The notes below the pieces were generated by a model. The model was not told the DNA's origin and searched no databases. It saw nothing but the letters and a program-made list of their open reading frames with translations. 51,112 bases of DNA from a virus (Duplodnaviria; Caudoviricetes). Positions within the stretch are counted from its first letter, which is position 1, and each line of letters begins with the position of its first letter. Positions 1 to 9,408 of the stretch are shown in pieces. Where the stretch lies: IMG/VR virus record IMGVR_UViG_3300027798_000058, positions 1-51,112 of that record. One strand, given 5' to 3'. The position numbers were made by a program, and so were the translations under genes.

Positions 1-1
1 T

Positions 2-1702
2 GACCAAGACATCAAGATTGGCCGCGTCCGTAACGCATTTAGCGTTTACATGGACCCAACCATCCAAGACCCATGCGGCTCAGACGCCGAATGGTGTTTT
101 ATCACCGAAGATATACTAAAGTCAGAATATGAGCGTTTGTTCCCTGACGCATCGCCAATTAGCACATTATATAGCCAAGGCGTTGGTGATCAGGGTATGT
201 CATCGTGGCTGCAAGAAGACACGATCCGCATTGCAGAGTATTTTTACAACGTCTACGAGCCTGAAACGCTGCATCTGTATCCAAATAACCAGACTGCAAA
301 AGCTAACTCGCCAGAAGACAAGCAGCTTAAAGAAATGTACGGCAAACCACTTCGCACACGCAAAGTAGACCGTAAAAAAGTCATGTGGATGAAGACCAAT
401 GGCTTTGACGTTCTTGACGAGCGCGAGTGGTCAGGCAAATACATCCCTGTCGTGCGCGTCATCGGCAACGAATTTGAAGTTGACGGTCAAATATACATTT
501 CTGGGCTTGTGCGTAATGCCAAAGATGCCCAGCGTATGTATAACTATTGGACCAGCCAAGAGGCAGAAATGCTTGCTTTGGCCCCTAAAGCACCATTTAT
601 CGGTTACGGCGGCCAATTTGAAGGCTACGAGAACCAATGGAAGACCGCCAACACGACCAACTGGCCGTATTTGGAAGTCAACCCAGACGTTACAGACGGC
701 TCTGGCGGCGTTCTACCGCTTCCGCAGCGCGCCCAGCCACCTTTACCCCAAACAGGTCTGATACAGGCTAAAATGGGCGCTGGCGAAGACATCAAGTCCA
801 CTACCGGCCAATACGACTCTTCTTTGGGTATGCAAGGCAACGAACGGTCTGCAAAAGCCATTACTGCACGCGAAAAGCAAGGCGATGTTGGCACGTATCA
901 CTATGTTGACAACCTTGCGCGGGCAATTCGCTATATCACACGCCAAATTGTCGATATGATCCCTAAAATCTACGACACGCAGCGCATTGCACGCATTATT
1001 GGTGCTGACGGCGAAGTCAGCATGGTCAAAATGGACCCGTCGCAGGAAGAACCTGTGCGCGAAGTGCGTGACGAAAACGGCGGTTTGATCGAAAAAATTT
1101 ACAACCCCGGCGTAGGCACATACGACGTTATGGTTACAACTGGCCCCGGCTACATGACCAAGCGTCAAGAGGCTTTGGATGCCATGAGCCAGATTTTGCA
1201 GTCCAACCCGCAACTTTGGTCCGTTGCTGGCGATTTGTTTGTCAAGAACATGGATTGGCCCGGCGCGCAGGAAATGGCGAATCGGTTTAGAAAGATACTT
1301 GACCCTAAAGTGTTGGCTACAGACGAAGAATCGCCTGAAATGGTTGCGGCGCAGCAGCAAATGGAAGTTATGGCTGAAGAACTGAACCGTATGGTCGATA
1401 TTATCGAAGGTGTTCAGGCTGACGTTGCAAAACGCGAAGTAGACATCAAGGAGTTTAAGGCACAGGTAGACGCTTACGATGCTGAGACAAAACGCATTAG
1501 CGCAATGCAAGCAGGGATGACAGAAGAGCAAATTCAGGATATTGTCATGGGTACGATTGCTGGCGCGCTAGATACCGGCGATTTAATTAGCGGATCACCA
1601 GAAATGCGTGAGCAACCTGAAATGATCGAAGAAATGCCTCAACAGCAACCAATGCAAGATATGGGCGGTATGCCTGAGATGCCCCCTGAAGGAATGATGT
1701 AA
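2..1702 (+). CDS. P22-like portal protein, phage B (5'-truncated)
   Basis: Frame is open from base 2 (DQDIKIGRVRNAFSVYMDP). Motifs KDAQRMYNYW..APKA, G.YDV.VTTGP.Y.TKR.EA and DWPGA match the second portal at 41338-43437. Confidence 0.9.
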   Translation, partial: DQDIKIGRVRNAFSVYMDPTIQDPCGSDAEWCFITEDILKSEYERLFPDASPISTLYSQGVGDQGMSSWLQEDTIRIAEYFYNVYEPETLHLYPNNQTAKANSPEDKQLKEMYGKPLRTRKVDRKKVMWMKTNGFDVLDEREWSGKYIPVVRVIGNEFEVDGQIYISGLVRNAKDAQRMYNYWTSQEAEMLALAPKAPFIGYGGQFEGYENQWKTANTTNWPYLEVNPDVTDGSGGVLPLPQRAQPPLPQTGLIQAKMGAGEDIKSTTGQYDSSLGMQGNERSAKAITAREKQGDVGTYHYVDNLARAIRYITRQIVDMIPKIYDTQRIARIIGADGEVSMVKMDPSQEEPVREVRDENGGLIEKIYNPGVGTYDVMVTTGPGYMTKRQEALDAMSQILQSNPQLWSVAGDLFVKNMDWPGAQEMANRFRKILDPKVLATDEESPEMVAAQQQMEVMAEELNRMVDIIEGVQADVAKREVDIKEFKAQVDAYDAETKRISAMQAGMTEEQIQDIVMGTIAGALDTGDLISGSPEMREQPEMIEEMPQQQPMQDMGGMPEMPPEGMM

Positions 1703-2460
1703 TGACTGTAAGCCTCAAACACACCTTTCAGTCAGCCAAAACTGACAGCACCGACGTAACAATTATCCAGCCGTCCAACTGGAACCAAGAGCATGAATTA
1801 ACGCTTGCCACTAACAAATTGCTGGGCCGCGCTACCGCTGGCACAGGCGCCGCTGAAGAACTTAGCGTCGGTACTGCATTGTCTGTATCAGGCGGCACAT
1901 TAGCGGTTACTACAGTGCTTGCCGCTAACGGCGGCACGGGCTTAACATCCTCTGGTGCTTCAGGAAATGTGCTAACCAGCAACGGCACGACATGGACTTC
2001 TGCGGTCCCTCCGGGGGGCGCTTGGACGCAGATTGCAACAACAACAATAAGCAGTCCCGTAGCCAACGTCACGTTCAGTAGCATCCCACAGACCTATAAC
2101 GACGTACTGCTTTTGTTTAATGGCGTAAGCCACACATCGGCGTTTAGTACGCAGTTGGCGGTATTATCTAGCAGCGACAACGGAACAACCATAAACAGCG
2201 CCTTTACCGTTTTTGTTGGGGAATCTACAGCGGCGTCTGCTTCTGTACATGGTGGTTTTTTGGTGACGGGGTATAAAAACCTTTATGGTGTTGTCTCTGC
2301 TGGGGCCGCTGATTTTGGCAGCGACTACGGTTTTGGTACTACAGCCAGTAGTGGAAGGTCTGTCCCGTTCCGTCTTGCAGCGGCACTTAACTGGCTTCGT
2401 GTCGAAAACTCAAACGCAGACAACCTCGACGCTGGAACAATCACGCTATTAGGGCGCTAA
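1702..2460 (+). CDS. tail fibre-like virion protein, phage B
   Basis: Gly/Thr-rich with an NGGTGLTS..GNVLTSNGTTW.S fibre motif. C-terminal domain resembles that of 9409-10257. TAATG overlap with the portal stop. Confidence 0.65.
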   Translation: MTVSLKHTFQSAKTDSTDVTIIQPSNWNQEHELTLATNKLLGRATAGTGAAEELSVGTALSVSGGTLAVTTVLAANGGTGLTSSGASGNVLTSNGTTWTSAVPPGGAWTQIATTTISSPVANVTFSSIPQTYNDVLLLFNGVSHTSAFSTQLAVLSSSDNGTTINSAFTVFVGESTAASASVHGGFLVTGYKNLYGVVSAGAADFGSDYGFGTTASSGRSVPFRLAAALNWLRVENSNADNLDAGTITLLGR

Positions 2461-2463
2461 CAT

Positions 2464-2733
2464 ATGACACACCAAATTATCATTGACTGTGAAACTGGCG
2501 AAGAAATCTTTGCAGAGTTTGCGCCTGCGCCGCCAACCAACGCCGATATTGCAGCACGTTGGACAGCTATCCGCATTCAGCGCAACAAACTTCTGGCCGA
2601 TTGCGATTGGACACAACTTGCCGACGCGCCTGTAGACGCCGCTGCATGGACGCCCTACCGCCAAGCATTACGCGATGTAACAGCTCAACCTGATCCGTTT
2701 GCTATTGTCTGGCCTGAAAGTCCATCACTATGA
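2464..2733 (+). CDS. tail fibre assembly chaperone-like protein
   Basis: RNKLLADCDWTQL.DAP...W..YRQALRD.T.Q......WP signature, directly after a fibre gene. Confidence 0.85.
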   Translation: MTHQIIIDCETGEEIFAEFAPAPPTNADIAARWTAIRIQRNKLLADCDWTQLADAPVDAAAWTPYRQALRDVTAQPDPFAIVWPESPSL

Positions 2734-3092
2734 AATGCGCTGACTTTGTAGGCACACTGTTTCTAGCGCGCGATGTGGCTCATTCAACGCACCTAAACAC
2801 ACGCAGCTTTGCCAAGCATTCCGCGTTAAACACTTTTTACGACGAAGTAATTGAATTAGCGGATAAATTTGCCGAAGCTTACCAAGGTAAATATGGACTA
2901 ATCGGCCCTATTTCGCTTATGTCAGCTAAGAAAACTAACAACATTGTTGCGTTTCTTGAGGGTCAAGTAGACGAACTTGAAGAAATGCGGTATAAAGTAG
3001 TAGATAAGGATTGCACTCCAATCCAAAACATTATCGACGAAATTTTTGGGTTGTACTATTCAACCTTGTATAAACTCAAATTTTTGGCTTAG
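2730..3092 (+). CDS. ferritin/Dps-like four-helix protein (DUF5856-like)
   Basis: H..HL.TRSFAKH.AL..FYD.....D..AE.YQG.YG pattern, ending TLYKLKFL. Confidence 0.7.
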   Translation: MKCADFVGTLFLARDVAHSTHLNTRSFAKHSALNTFYDEVIELADKFAEAYQGKYGLIGPISLMSAKKTNNIVAFLEGQVDELEEMRYKVVDKDCTPIQNIIDEIFGLYYSTLYKLKFLA

Positions 3093-3102
3093 GGACGCTT
3101 AA

Positions 3103-3507
3103 ATGGCTAACGCATTATATCAAAAGTGGAAGGAGCAGTTGCTCCAGTTCACGACGAACAACAACCTATCGGCAGGCACCGTTAAGGTGGCGTTGATTGA
3201 CACGGGCGTGTATACTTACAACGCGGCGGATCAGTTTTATTCGGCTGCGTCCGCTGCCGCTGTAGGCACGCCCCAGACGATTGGCTCCAAGACCTTCACC
3301 AATGGGGTGTTCGACGGCGCAGATGTCACCTTCACGGCGGTAACTGGCAGTTCGGTTGAGGCGCTGATCATATACGTTGATACAGGTGTGTCCGCTACAT
3401 CTCCGCTGGTGGCGTACATCGATACAAGCGTAACCGGCCTACCTGTAACACCAAATGGTGGTAACATTGATATTACGTGGAATGCCTCTGGTATCTTTGC
3501 GCTTTAA
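3103..3507 (+). CDS. putative virion structural protein
   Basis: Clean ORF in the structural operon; beta-rich, FDGADVTF..V and WNASGIFAL motifs. Confidence 0.6.
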   Translation: MANALYQKWKEQLLQFTTNNNLSAGTVKVALIDTGVYTYNAADQFYSAASAAAVGTPQTIGSKTFTNGVFDGADVTFTAVTGSSVEALIIYVDTGVSATSPLVAYIDTSVTGLPVTPNGGNIDITWNASGIFAL

Positions 3508-3516
3508 GAGGTTAAT

Positions 3517-3705
3517 ATGGCAAATATCGACTTTTTCTTTGAGACAAAATACGGCAAATACTCTGACGCAATTATCTTTCCAGATGATGAGCCTATGACA
3601 GAAGAGCAGATTGCCACTGAGAAGCAGCGCCGTCTTGATAACTGGATTGCGCTCATTGAAGCGCCGATAACGCCAGAAGAGCCAGCGCCAGAACCAGAGG
3701 CGTAA
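3517..3705 (+). CDS. small acidic hypothetical protein (copy 1)
   Basis: GAGG RBS; identical to 47973-48158 from TKYGKY onward, with a different N-terminus. Confidence 0.75.
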   Translation: MANIDFFFETKYGKYSDAIIFPDDEPMTEEQIATEKQRRLDNWIALIEAPITPEEPAPEPEA

Positions 3706-4865
3706 GCCGTGGCGGATAGATATTGGGTAGGCGGCACAGGAACGTGGAACACTACGTCCACAACAGTTTGGTCTGCTACATCGGGCGGAGCATCTGGCGC
3801 TTCTGTGCCTACCGCTGCCGATAGCGTTTTCTTTGACCAAGCGGGAACATTCACTATTACCCTGACGGGCGCTTTACTGTGCCTTGATATTACGGTTTCT
3901 GCCGGGACATATACGTTTACCAGCACTGGTACGATAGCTATCAGTGGCTCTATGTCGTTGCTGGCGGGGACTGTGTGGGACGCCACAGGCAACCTTACGT
4001 TTAACGCTACAACCACAGGTAAGACAGTCACAACAAATGGCGTGATTATGTCAGGGAATATAACATTCAACGGCGTTGGCGGTTCATGGACGCTCGGTAG
4101 CGCACTAACAACGACAGCATCACGCTCACTCACGCTAACCAGAGGAACGCTTAACCTAAGCACATTCACGCTGACAATAGGTGCGTTCAGTTCTAGCAAC
4201 GCTAACACTCGCACTATTGCTTTTGGCACTGGAAACATTACGCTCTTGTCTAACGGTTCGCTTTGGACAACATCTACAACTGCGGGGCTATCAACCACAG
4301 GCACTCAAGTAGTCAATGTGTCGTACACTGGCGCAAGCGCAGTAACGATAACGTCTGGTTCGCTAAACGAAGCTAACAGCATCAGCTTTAATTACACGGC
4401 TGGCACGTACTCGCTGACGCTCTCATCAGGGACACAGCGCAACCTTAACTTCACAGGCTTTGCAGGAACAGTCAGTAACGCCGCGCAGTTCATTTACGGC
4501 AACCTCACACTGGCGGCAGCGGCTACCTACACGGGTGGCCTATCCTCTTGGACTTTTGCGGCTACATCCACTGGCAAGACAATCACTACTAATGGCAAGA
4601 CAATGGACTTTCCCATTACGTTTGACGGCGTTGGAGGTTCATGGATACTGCAAGATGCGCTGACAATGGGGTCAACGCGAAGGCTATCACAGACTAACGG
4701 GACGCTTGACCTTAACGGTAAGACGCTGACTGTTGGCTCAGATTACAGAACCGCTACTGGAACCAAAAATCTGACGTTTAATGGCGGTACTTTGGTCTGC
4801 CCCGCGGCTTCGGCTATAGCATTCAACAACCTGCAACCCACTAATTTTACGACAACCGCTGGAAC
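3544..4865 (+). repeat. 1,322-bp direct repeat, copy 1
   Basis: Matches 47997-49318, starting ACAAAATACGGC and ending ACCGCTGGAAC. Translations are identical throughout and I saw no nucleotide differences. Confidence 0.95.
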
Positions 4866-5316
4866 TGGCACCGGCACAATATCAATGGCATCAGGATCGT
4901 CTACAGCCAGAACATTCGTCGGCGGCGGTTCCACGTTCAACTGCACTTTAAATTTGAGTGGTAATGGAACTGGCACTACGATTACGGGCAACAATACCTT
5001 TAACGACATTACCAACTCATTCATTACATCAGCAATTAGTGTAAGTTTCGCTGATGGGTCTACTAACACATTTAATAACTTCAATCTAAAGGGTTTCTCT
5101 GGAAGCAATGTTGGAATTAATAGTGTAGCTACACACACGCTTTCAAAAGCATCAGGAACGGTGTCATCTAACTTTTTATCACTGACCAATTCCATCGCAA
5201 CAGGCGGCGCAGCTTGGTACGCAGGGGCCAACAGTACAGACGACGGCGGCAACACGGGTTGGATTTTTGCAGCAGCACCCGACACAAACACTGGTAACTT
5301 TTTCAGCATTTTGTAG
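3709..5316 (+). CDS. Gly/Thr-rich repetitive virion/tail-associated protein (535-aa allele)
   Basis: GTG start. Internal repeat TGKT.TTNG......ITF.GVGGSW.L..ALT. About the first 390 aa are identical to 48162-50150. Confidence 0.75.
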   Translation: MADRYWVGGTGTWNTTSTTVWSATSGGASGASVPTAADSVFFDQAGTFTITLTGALLCLDITVSAGTYTFTSTGTIAISGSMSLLAGTVWDATGNLTFNATTTGKTVTTNGVIMSGNITFNGVGGSWTLGSALTTTASRSLTLTRGTLNLSTFTLTIGAFSSSNANTRTIAFGTGNITLLSNGSLWTTSTTAGLSTTGTQVVNVSYTGASAVTITSGSLNEANSISFNYTAGTYSLTLSSGTQRNLNFTGFAGTVSNAAQFIYGNLTLAAAATYTGGLSSWTFAATSTGKTITTNGKTMDFPITFDGVGGSWILQDALTMGSTRRLSQTNGTLDLNGKTLTVGSDYRTATGTKNLTFNGGTLVCPAASAIAFNNLQPTNFTTTAGTGTGTISMASGSSTARTFVGGGSTFNCTLNLSGNGTGTTITGNNTFNDITNSFITSAISVSFADGSTNTFNNFNLKGFSGSNVGINSVATHTLSKASGTVSSNFLSLTNSIATGGAAWYAGANSTDDGGNTGWIFAAAPDTNTGNFFSIL

Positions 5317-5328
5317 TAAGGGCAGACC

Positions 5329-5430
5329 ATGAGCGTCCATTCAGTCTTAAATCATTTGGGCGATAACGTGAAGTATAGTGTGGCCAACTCTACCAGGGGC
5401 TTAAAATTTGACGATAAGGATAAAAGATGA
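5329..5430 (+). other. 33-aa ORF, possible gene remnant at a recombination junction
   Basis: MSVHSVLNHLGDNVKYSVANSTRGLKFDDKDKR*, preceded by AAGGG; ATGA overlap with the next gene. Confidence 0.3.
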
Positions 5431-6203
5431 CTCTTGTTTCTGAAATCATTACTGACGCTTTTAGGCAGAGCAACCTTTTAGCCATTGGCTCTAGTCCCAC
5501 CACTAACCAACAAACTGAAGCCTTGCGTTACGTCAACCGTATCGTAGTCTCAGTCTTAGGCAACGAGGCAGGGGAAAACCTAGAAGCATTTGCTTTAGGC
5601 GGCAACAACATTGAAGCTCCCTCGGGCTATCCTTGGTATGGCGAAGCACCTTTTGGTGATTGGTATTTGCCAATGAACAAACGGGTAATGCTAAACCTGA
5701 CACAATCAGCAACGATTCCCCTGCACCCAATGCCTTCAGACGGTGCGCGGTTTGGTGTAGTAGATACGTCTACTAACCTAGCCACTAACACAGTAACAGT
5801 TATTGGTAACGGACGTACAATTGAAGGCGTCTCAAGTATAGTGCTTGACACAGACGGTCTAAAACGACAATGGTTCTACAGGCAGGACCTTGGCAACTGG
5901 ATGCGGATTACAGACCTAATCCTTACGGATGAGTTTCCGTTTCCGTTAGAGTTCGACCAGATGTTTATCACCTTGTTGGCCATGTCAATAAACCCGGCAT
6001 ATGGCGCATCAATTGATGAGCAGCTTAGCATGTTGTATACACGAGCCCGCTCTCAGTTTCGTGCACGATACCACAACGCAATCCAAACTAACTCAGAACA
6101 AGGGTTACTTCGTCTCTCTGGTATCTTTGGCAATTCGCGCTTCTACGAACACAACTATTTGTCTGACCCTGAAACAATATTTGATAGAGGTTATCCGTGG
6201 TAA
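5427..6203 (+). CDS. head-to-tail adaptor (P22 gp4-like)
   Basis: AAGGA RBS; N-terminal II.DAFR..N.....P..Q..EAL..N and C-terminal LA....P.YG patterns; lies just before the tail hub gene. Confidence 0.65.
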   Translation: MTLVSEIITDAFRQSNLLAIGSSPTTNQQTEALRYVNRIVVSVLGNEAGENLEAFALGGNNIEAPSGYPWYGEAPFGDWYLPMNKRVMLNLTQSATIPLHPMPSDGARFGVVDTSTNLATNTVTVIGNGRTIEGVSSIVLDTDGLKRQWFYRQDLGNWMRITDLILTDEFPFPLEFDQMFITLLAMSINPAYGASIDEQLSMLYTRARSQFRARYHNAIQTNSEQGLLRLSGIFGNSRFYEHNYLSDPETIFDRGYPW

Positions 6204-7465
6204 GCATCAGCTTTAACAAAAGAGATTATCGTCGTGGTGTAGCCAATCAGGCTAACCTGCCTCTTGAGAATCGGTACTACGAACAAAACCCCGTACTAAC
6301 CGATGAGGGCACAGCTCTTCTTGCACGACCCGGTACTAGGAAGTTTCTTGAAAGCGGGCCCGGCCCAGTACGGGCAGTGTTTAGTGAGCCCGGAGTATTT
6401 GACGATGCGCTCTTTTTTGTAAGCGAAAACGAATTACACGAATTTAATAGTTCGACTAATGTCGATACAAATATTGGGACTATCACAGGCTTTGAAACAC
6501 AGGCTGCTGTATCCTTTGCAGCAACGGGTAACATCGGAGAAGAAATTCCTGAACATCTGTTTATTGCAGATGGCGCTATTCTTTGGGTATACACAGAAAA
6601 TGGCTTTGCTCGAGGAACTCTTACAGCTTCGGGTTTGATTGCTAATAACGATGTAATTCTTATTGATTCTGTATATTATCAATGGAAAAGTGGAAGTGTT
6701 GATGGAGGTACTCCTGCGGGTACGTTGGCAAGTCCTTGGCATGTACACTTGGGAGCTAGCAACGCAGAAGCTTTGACTAATATGTACAAAGCTATTAATG
6801 ATAGTGGTATTCCTGGTACAGATTACAGTACACTTCTTACCATTCATCCTACTTGCACATCAACTTTTGCAGGCAGTAGCAGTCTTGTCGTACGGGCAAA
6901 AGCCGCGGGCATTGTCGGTAATGGTATTGTTACTACAGAAACAGGCGCTAATATTGCTTGGGGTTCAGGTACTCTGACGCTCGGCGGCACTCCTTCCTTC
7001 CTACAAATACCTACGCCTGATGACATTGGTGTTATTGACGTATTGCATATTGCTTCTTATGTTATTGTCATACCTGCTCAAAGCGAGGGAATTAACGGGC
7101 GTTTCTATTGGATTGAACCAGGAGAAACTTCTATTGATCCGCTGAACTATGCTACTGCTGAATCTGCGCCAGACTCTATATTACAGGTTATTGGATACGG
7201 AGATCAATTCTGGCTTTGTGGTTCTTCAACTACCGAAGTATGGTTTCCTAGCGGAGATCCTGCTGCGCCAATGCAACGTCTCAAAGGGGTTGCCTTTAGT
7301 CGCGGTATTTGGGAAGGAACTGCTGTACAAGTTAAGGACTCTTTGATTATCGTAGACAACGAAGGCGGAGTCTTTCAGGTATCGGGAGGAGTCAAACGTA
7401 TATCTTCTCCAGATATTGAGGAGCGTATTCGTAAGGCTATTATGACGCAAGAATTGTTAACTTAA
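6197..7465 (+). CDS. tail hub / DNA stabilisation protein (P22 gp10-like), N-terminal part
   Basis: L..RPG, DPLNYATAES.PD, G..TTEVW..SG and RIS...IE motifs; ends before the usual GH.FYVL segment. Confidence 0.75.
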   Translation: MVSISFNKRDYRRGVANQANLPLENRYYEQNPVLTDEGTALLARPGTRKFLESGPGPVRAVFSEPGVFDDALFFVSENELHEFNSSTNVDTNIGTITGFETQAAVSFAATGNIGEEIPEHLFIADGAILWVYTENGFARGTLTASGLIANNDVILIDSVYYQWKSGSVDGGTPAGTLASPWHVHLGASNAEALTNMYKAINDSGIPGTDYSTLLTIHPTCTSTFAGSSSLVVRAKAAGIVGNGIVTTETGANIAWGSGTLTLGGTPSFLQIPTPDDIGVIDVLHIASYVIVIPAQSEGINGRFYWIEPGETSIDPLNYATAESAPDSILQVIGYGDQFWLCGSSTTEVWFPSGDPAAPMQRLKGVAFSRGIWEGTAVQVKDSLIIVDNEGGVFQVSGGVKRISSPDIEERIRKAIMTQELLT

Positions 7466-7482
7466 TTTAAGGTGCTTATATA

Positions 7483-8568
7483 ATGTCAATTTCTCACATG
7501 GACAACTTCTCAATCTACGGCACTACCACTTCTTTAATGCTTAATGGTATTTATGCGGAAGTTGGTGGTGAGTCAGGTCCGGGGTCAGCTCCAGCTCTGT
7601 CTGCCGACCCAGACGGTGTTTCAGGGGGGAAAGTTCTCAAAATGACCCTGACCACCGGCGCCCTTAACAACTACACCCGCGTTAGATATGCGTTGCAAGG
7701 CTCTCCTCAACCCGTTGTCGGCGTTGCTCAACGTGTGTGGCTTGAAAATTTACCGCCTGACGATGTTAGTCGAAAAGTCTGCCCTGTAAACTGGCGAGAC
7801 GCTTCAAACAACCCGCTTTTTGCTATTACAATAAACCCAACAGGTCGTCTTGAAATTAGATCAGGCAACCACACTGGTACGGTTCTCGCTACAACCGCAG
7901 CCCCTGTTATTATTTCAAACGCCTGGCTCCACCTAGAATCAAGACTTACTATCGCAGGAGCAAGCGGAAACGTTCAAGTTCGCGTCGAAGGCGCCACTGT
8001 ACTTGACGTTACCCTAAACACTGGCGCAGTCAATATTGCAGGCGTGTCAATCATTAACGACCCTGACGCTTCTTCCGCGGGTACTATTTACTATGTTAAA
8101 GACTATGTAATTTGGGATGGACTTGGTTCAACTAACAATAATTTTCTTGGCTCCGTAATTGTTACGTCGCTTTTGCCCGACTCTGATGTCGCCCTTAACT
8201 GGGCCCCAACAGGAGCGGCAAACGGCTATAGCATCTTAGACAATATCCCGCCGACTGATGCCGCTTTTATTACAGCAATTACTCCGCCTCCGGCTCCATA
8301 TCAAGCAACACTAACTAACTTACCGCCAGACGTTACGTCAGTCAAGGCACTGATGACAATAGTGCGGGCAGCTAAGACAGACGGCGGAGATGGCAGCTTA
8401 CAGATATCGGTTGTTAGTGGGGCCAGCACGGGTAACGGAACAAATAGGCCAATCACTGTAGCGCAAACCTACTGGAGAGATATCTTTGAGATTGATCCTG
8501 CAACCAGTGCCGCGTGGCTACCTACTGCAGTGGATGCGGCACAGCTTAAGATTAACCGAACACTCTAA
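7483..8568 (+). CDS. beta-rich tail-associated protein (possibly lectin/LamG-like)
   Basis: W.HLE.R......G.VQVRVEG beta-sandwich-like pattern; sits between the two hub halves. Confidence 0.55.
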   Translation: MSISHMDNFSIYGTTTSLMLNGIYAEVGGESGPGSAPALSADPDGVSGGKVLKMTLTTGALNNYTRVRYALQGSPQPVVGVAQRVWLENLPPDDVSRKVCPVNWRDASNNPLFAITINPTGRLEIRSGNHTGTVLATTAAPVIISNAWLHLESRLTIAGASGNVQVRVEGATVLDVTLNTGAVNIAGVSIINDPDASSAGTIYYVKDYVIWDGLGSTNNNFLGSVIVTSLLPDSDVALNWAPTGAANGYSILDNIPPTDAAFITAITPPPAPYQATLTNLPPDVTSVKALMTIVRAAKTDGGDGSLQISVVSGASTGNGTNRPITVAQTYWRDIFEIDPATSAAWLPTAVDAAQLKINRTL

Positions 8569-8577
8569 GGAAATACT

Positions 8578-9405
8578 ATGGGCGACATTAGAGCGACAGA
8601 AGGTGTTGGACTTGTCACAACTCTGACAACTTCACCAGCGCTAAAAACCCTACAGGCAATTACCTTAGCGGCATATAGCATCTCAGCCGAGGCTTTAAAC
8701 ACAGAGGGGGCATTAGTTAATGCGGCAATTCGTCAGAACTCTCAGATGAAAATACCACAAGCCAATGTCATGGTTCTTGTAAGATCACGAGCAGCTTCTC
8801 CTAAGGTCAAAGCCTGGACTTTTACGCTAGACGGTCACGACTTCTACGTCTTACGTCTAGGAGATACTTCTACTCTGGTGTACGATGTGTATTCAGAACA
8901 GTGGATGGATTGGTACTCTGCGGACAGCCCTAGACTACGCATTACCCAAGGCATTAACTGGCTAGGGGCAGGGGCTTACGCCGCAGGGTATGGTTCTAAC
9001 ATTGTAGCAGGAGACGACACCTACGGAGTTCTTTGGTTTTTAGATCCTAATGCAGTCTATGACGACGACCCTCGTCCAGATATCGACGCCCAGTTACCTT
9101 TCACGCGCAAGGCAATCGGCCAAGTATCTGTCCCTATGCGGCAAGCTATTCCTTGCTACGAAGTATATCTATCGGCAGATACAGGATACGCATCGGGTGA
9201 CATAGTTCTGTACACCAGTGACGACAACGGTAATACATACAACGATCAGGGCACTATTACCGCAACCATAGACGACTATAATCAAGAGTTTGTTTGGAGA
9301 AGCCTTGGTCAAATTAGAGACCCTGGCAGGTTATTCTTAATTGAGGATACCGGCGCTCTCAAACGAATCAATAACTTTGATATGTCGCTAGGGTCTGAAG
9401 GATAA
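8578..9405 (+). CDS. tail hub (P22 gp10-like), C-terminal part
   Basis: AWTFTLDGHDFYVL..LVYD....W, SDDNGNTY and W.SLG..R..R.F motifs; ~75-aa N-terminal extension. Confidence 0.7.
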   Translation: MGDIRATEGVGLVTTLTTSPALKTLQAITLAAYSISAEALNTEGALVNAAIRQNSQMKIPQANVMVLVRSRAASPKVKAWTFTLDGHDFYVLRLGDTSTLVYDVYSEQWMDWYSADSPRLRITQGINWLGAGAYAAGYGSNIVAGDDTYGVLWFLDPNAVYDDDPRPDIDAQLPFTRKAIGQVSVPMRQAIPCYEVYLSADTGYASGDIVLYTSDDNGNTYNDQGTITATIDDYNQEFVWRSLGQIRDPGRLFLIEDTGALKRINNFDMSLGSEG

Positions 9406-9408
9406 AAT

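Noticed and set aside
3709-5316. Diversity-generating retroelement template/variable repeat pair
   Set aside because: No reverse transcriptase, and the differences between alleles are not adenine-specific.
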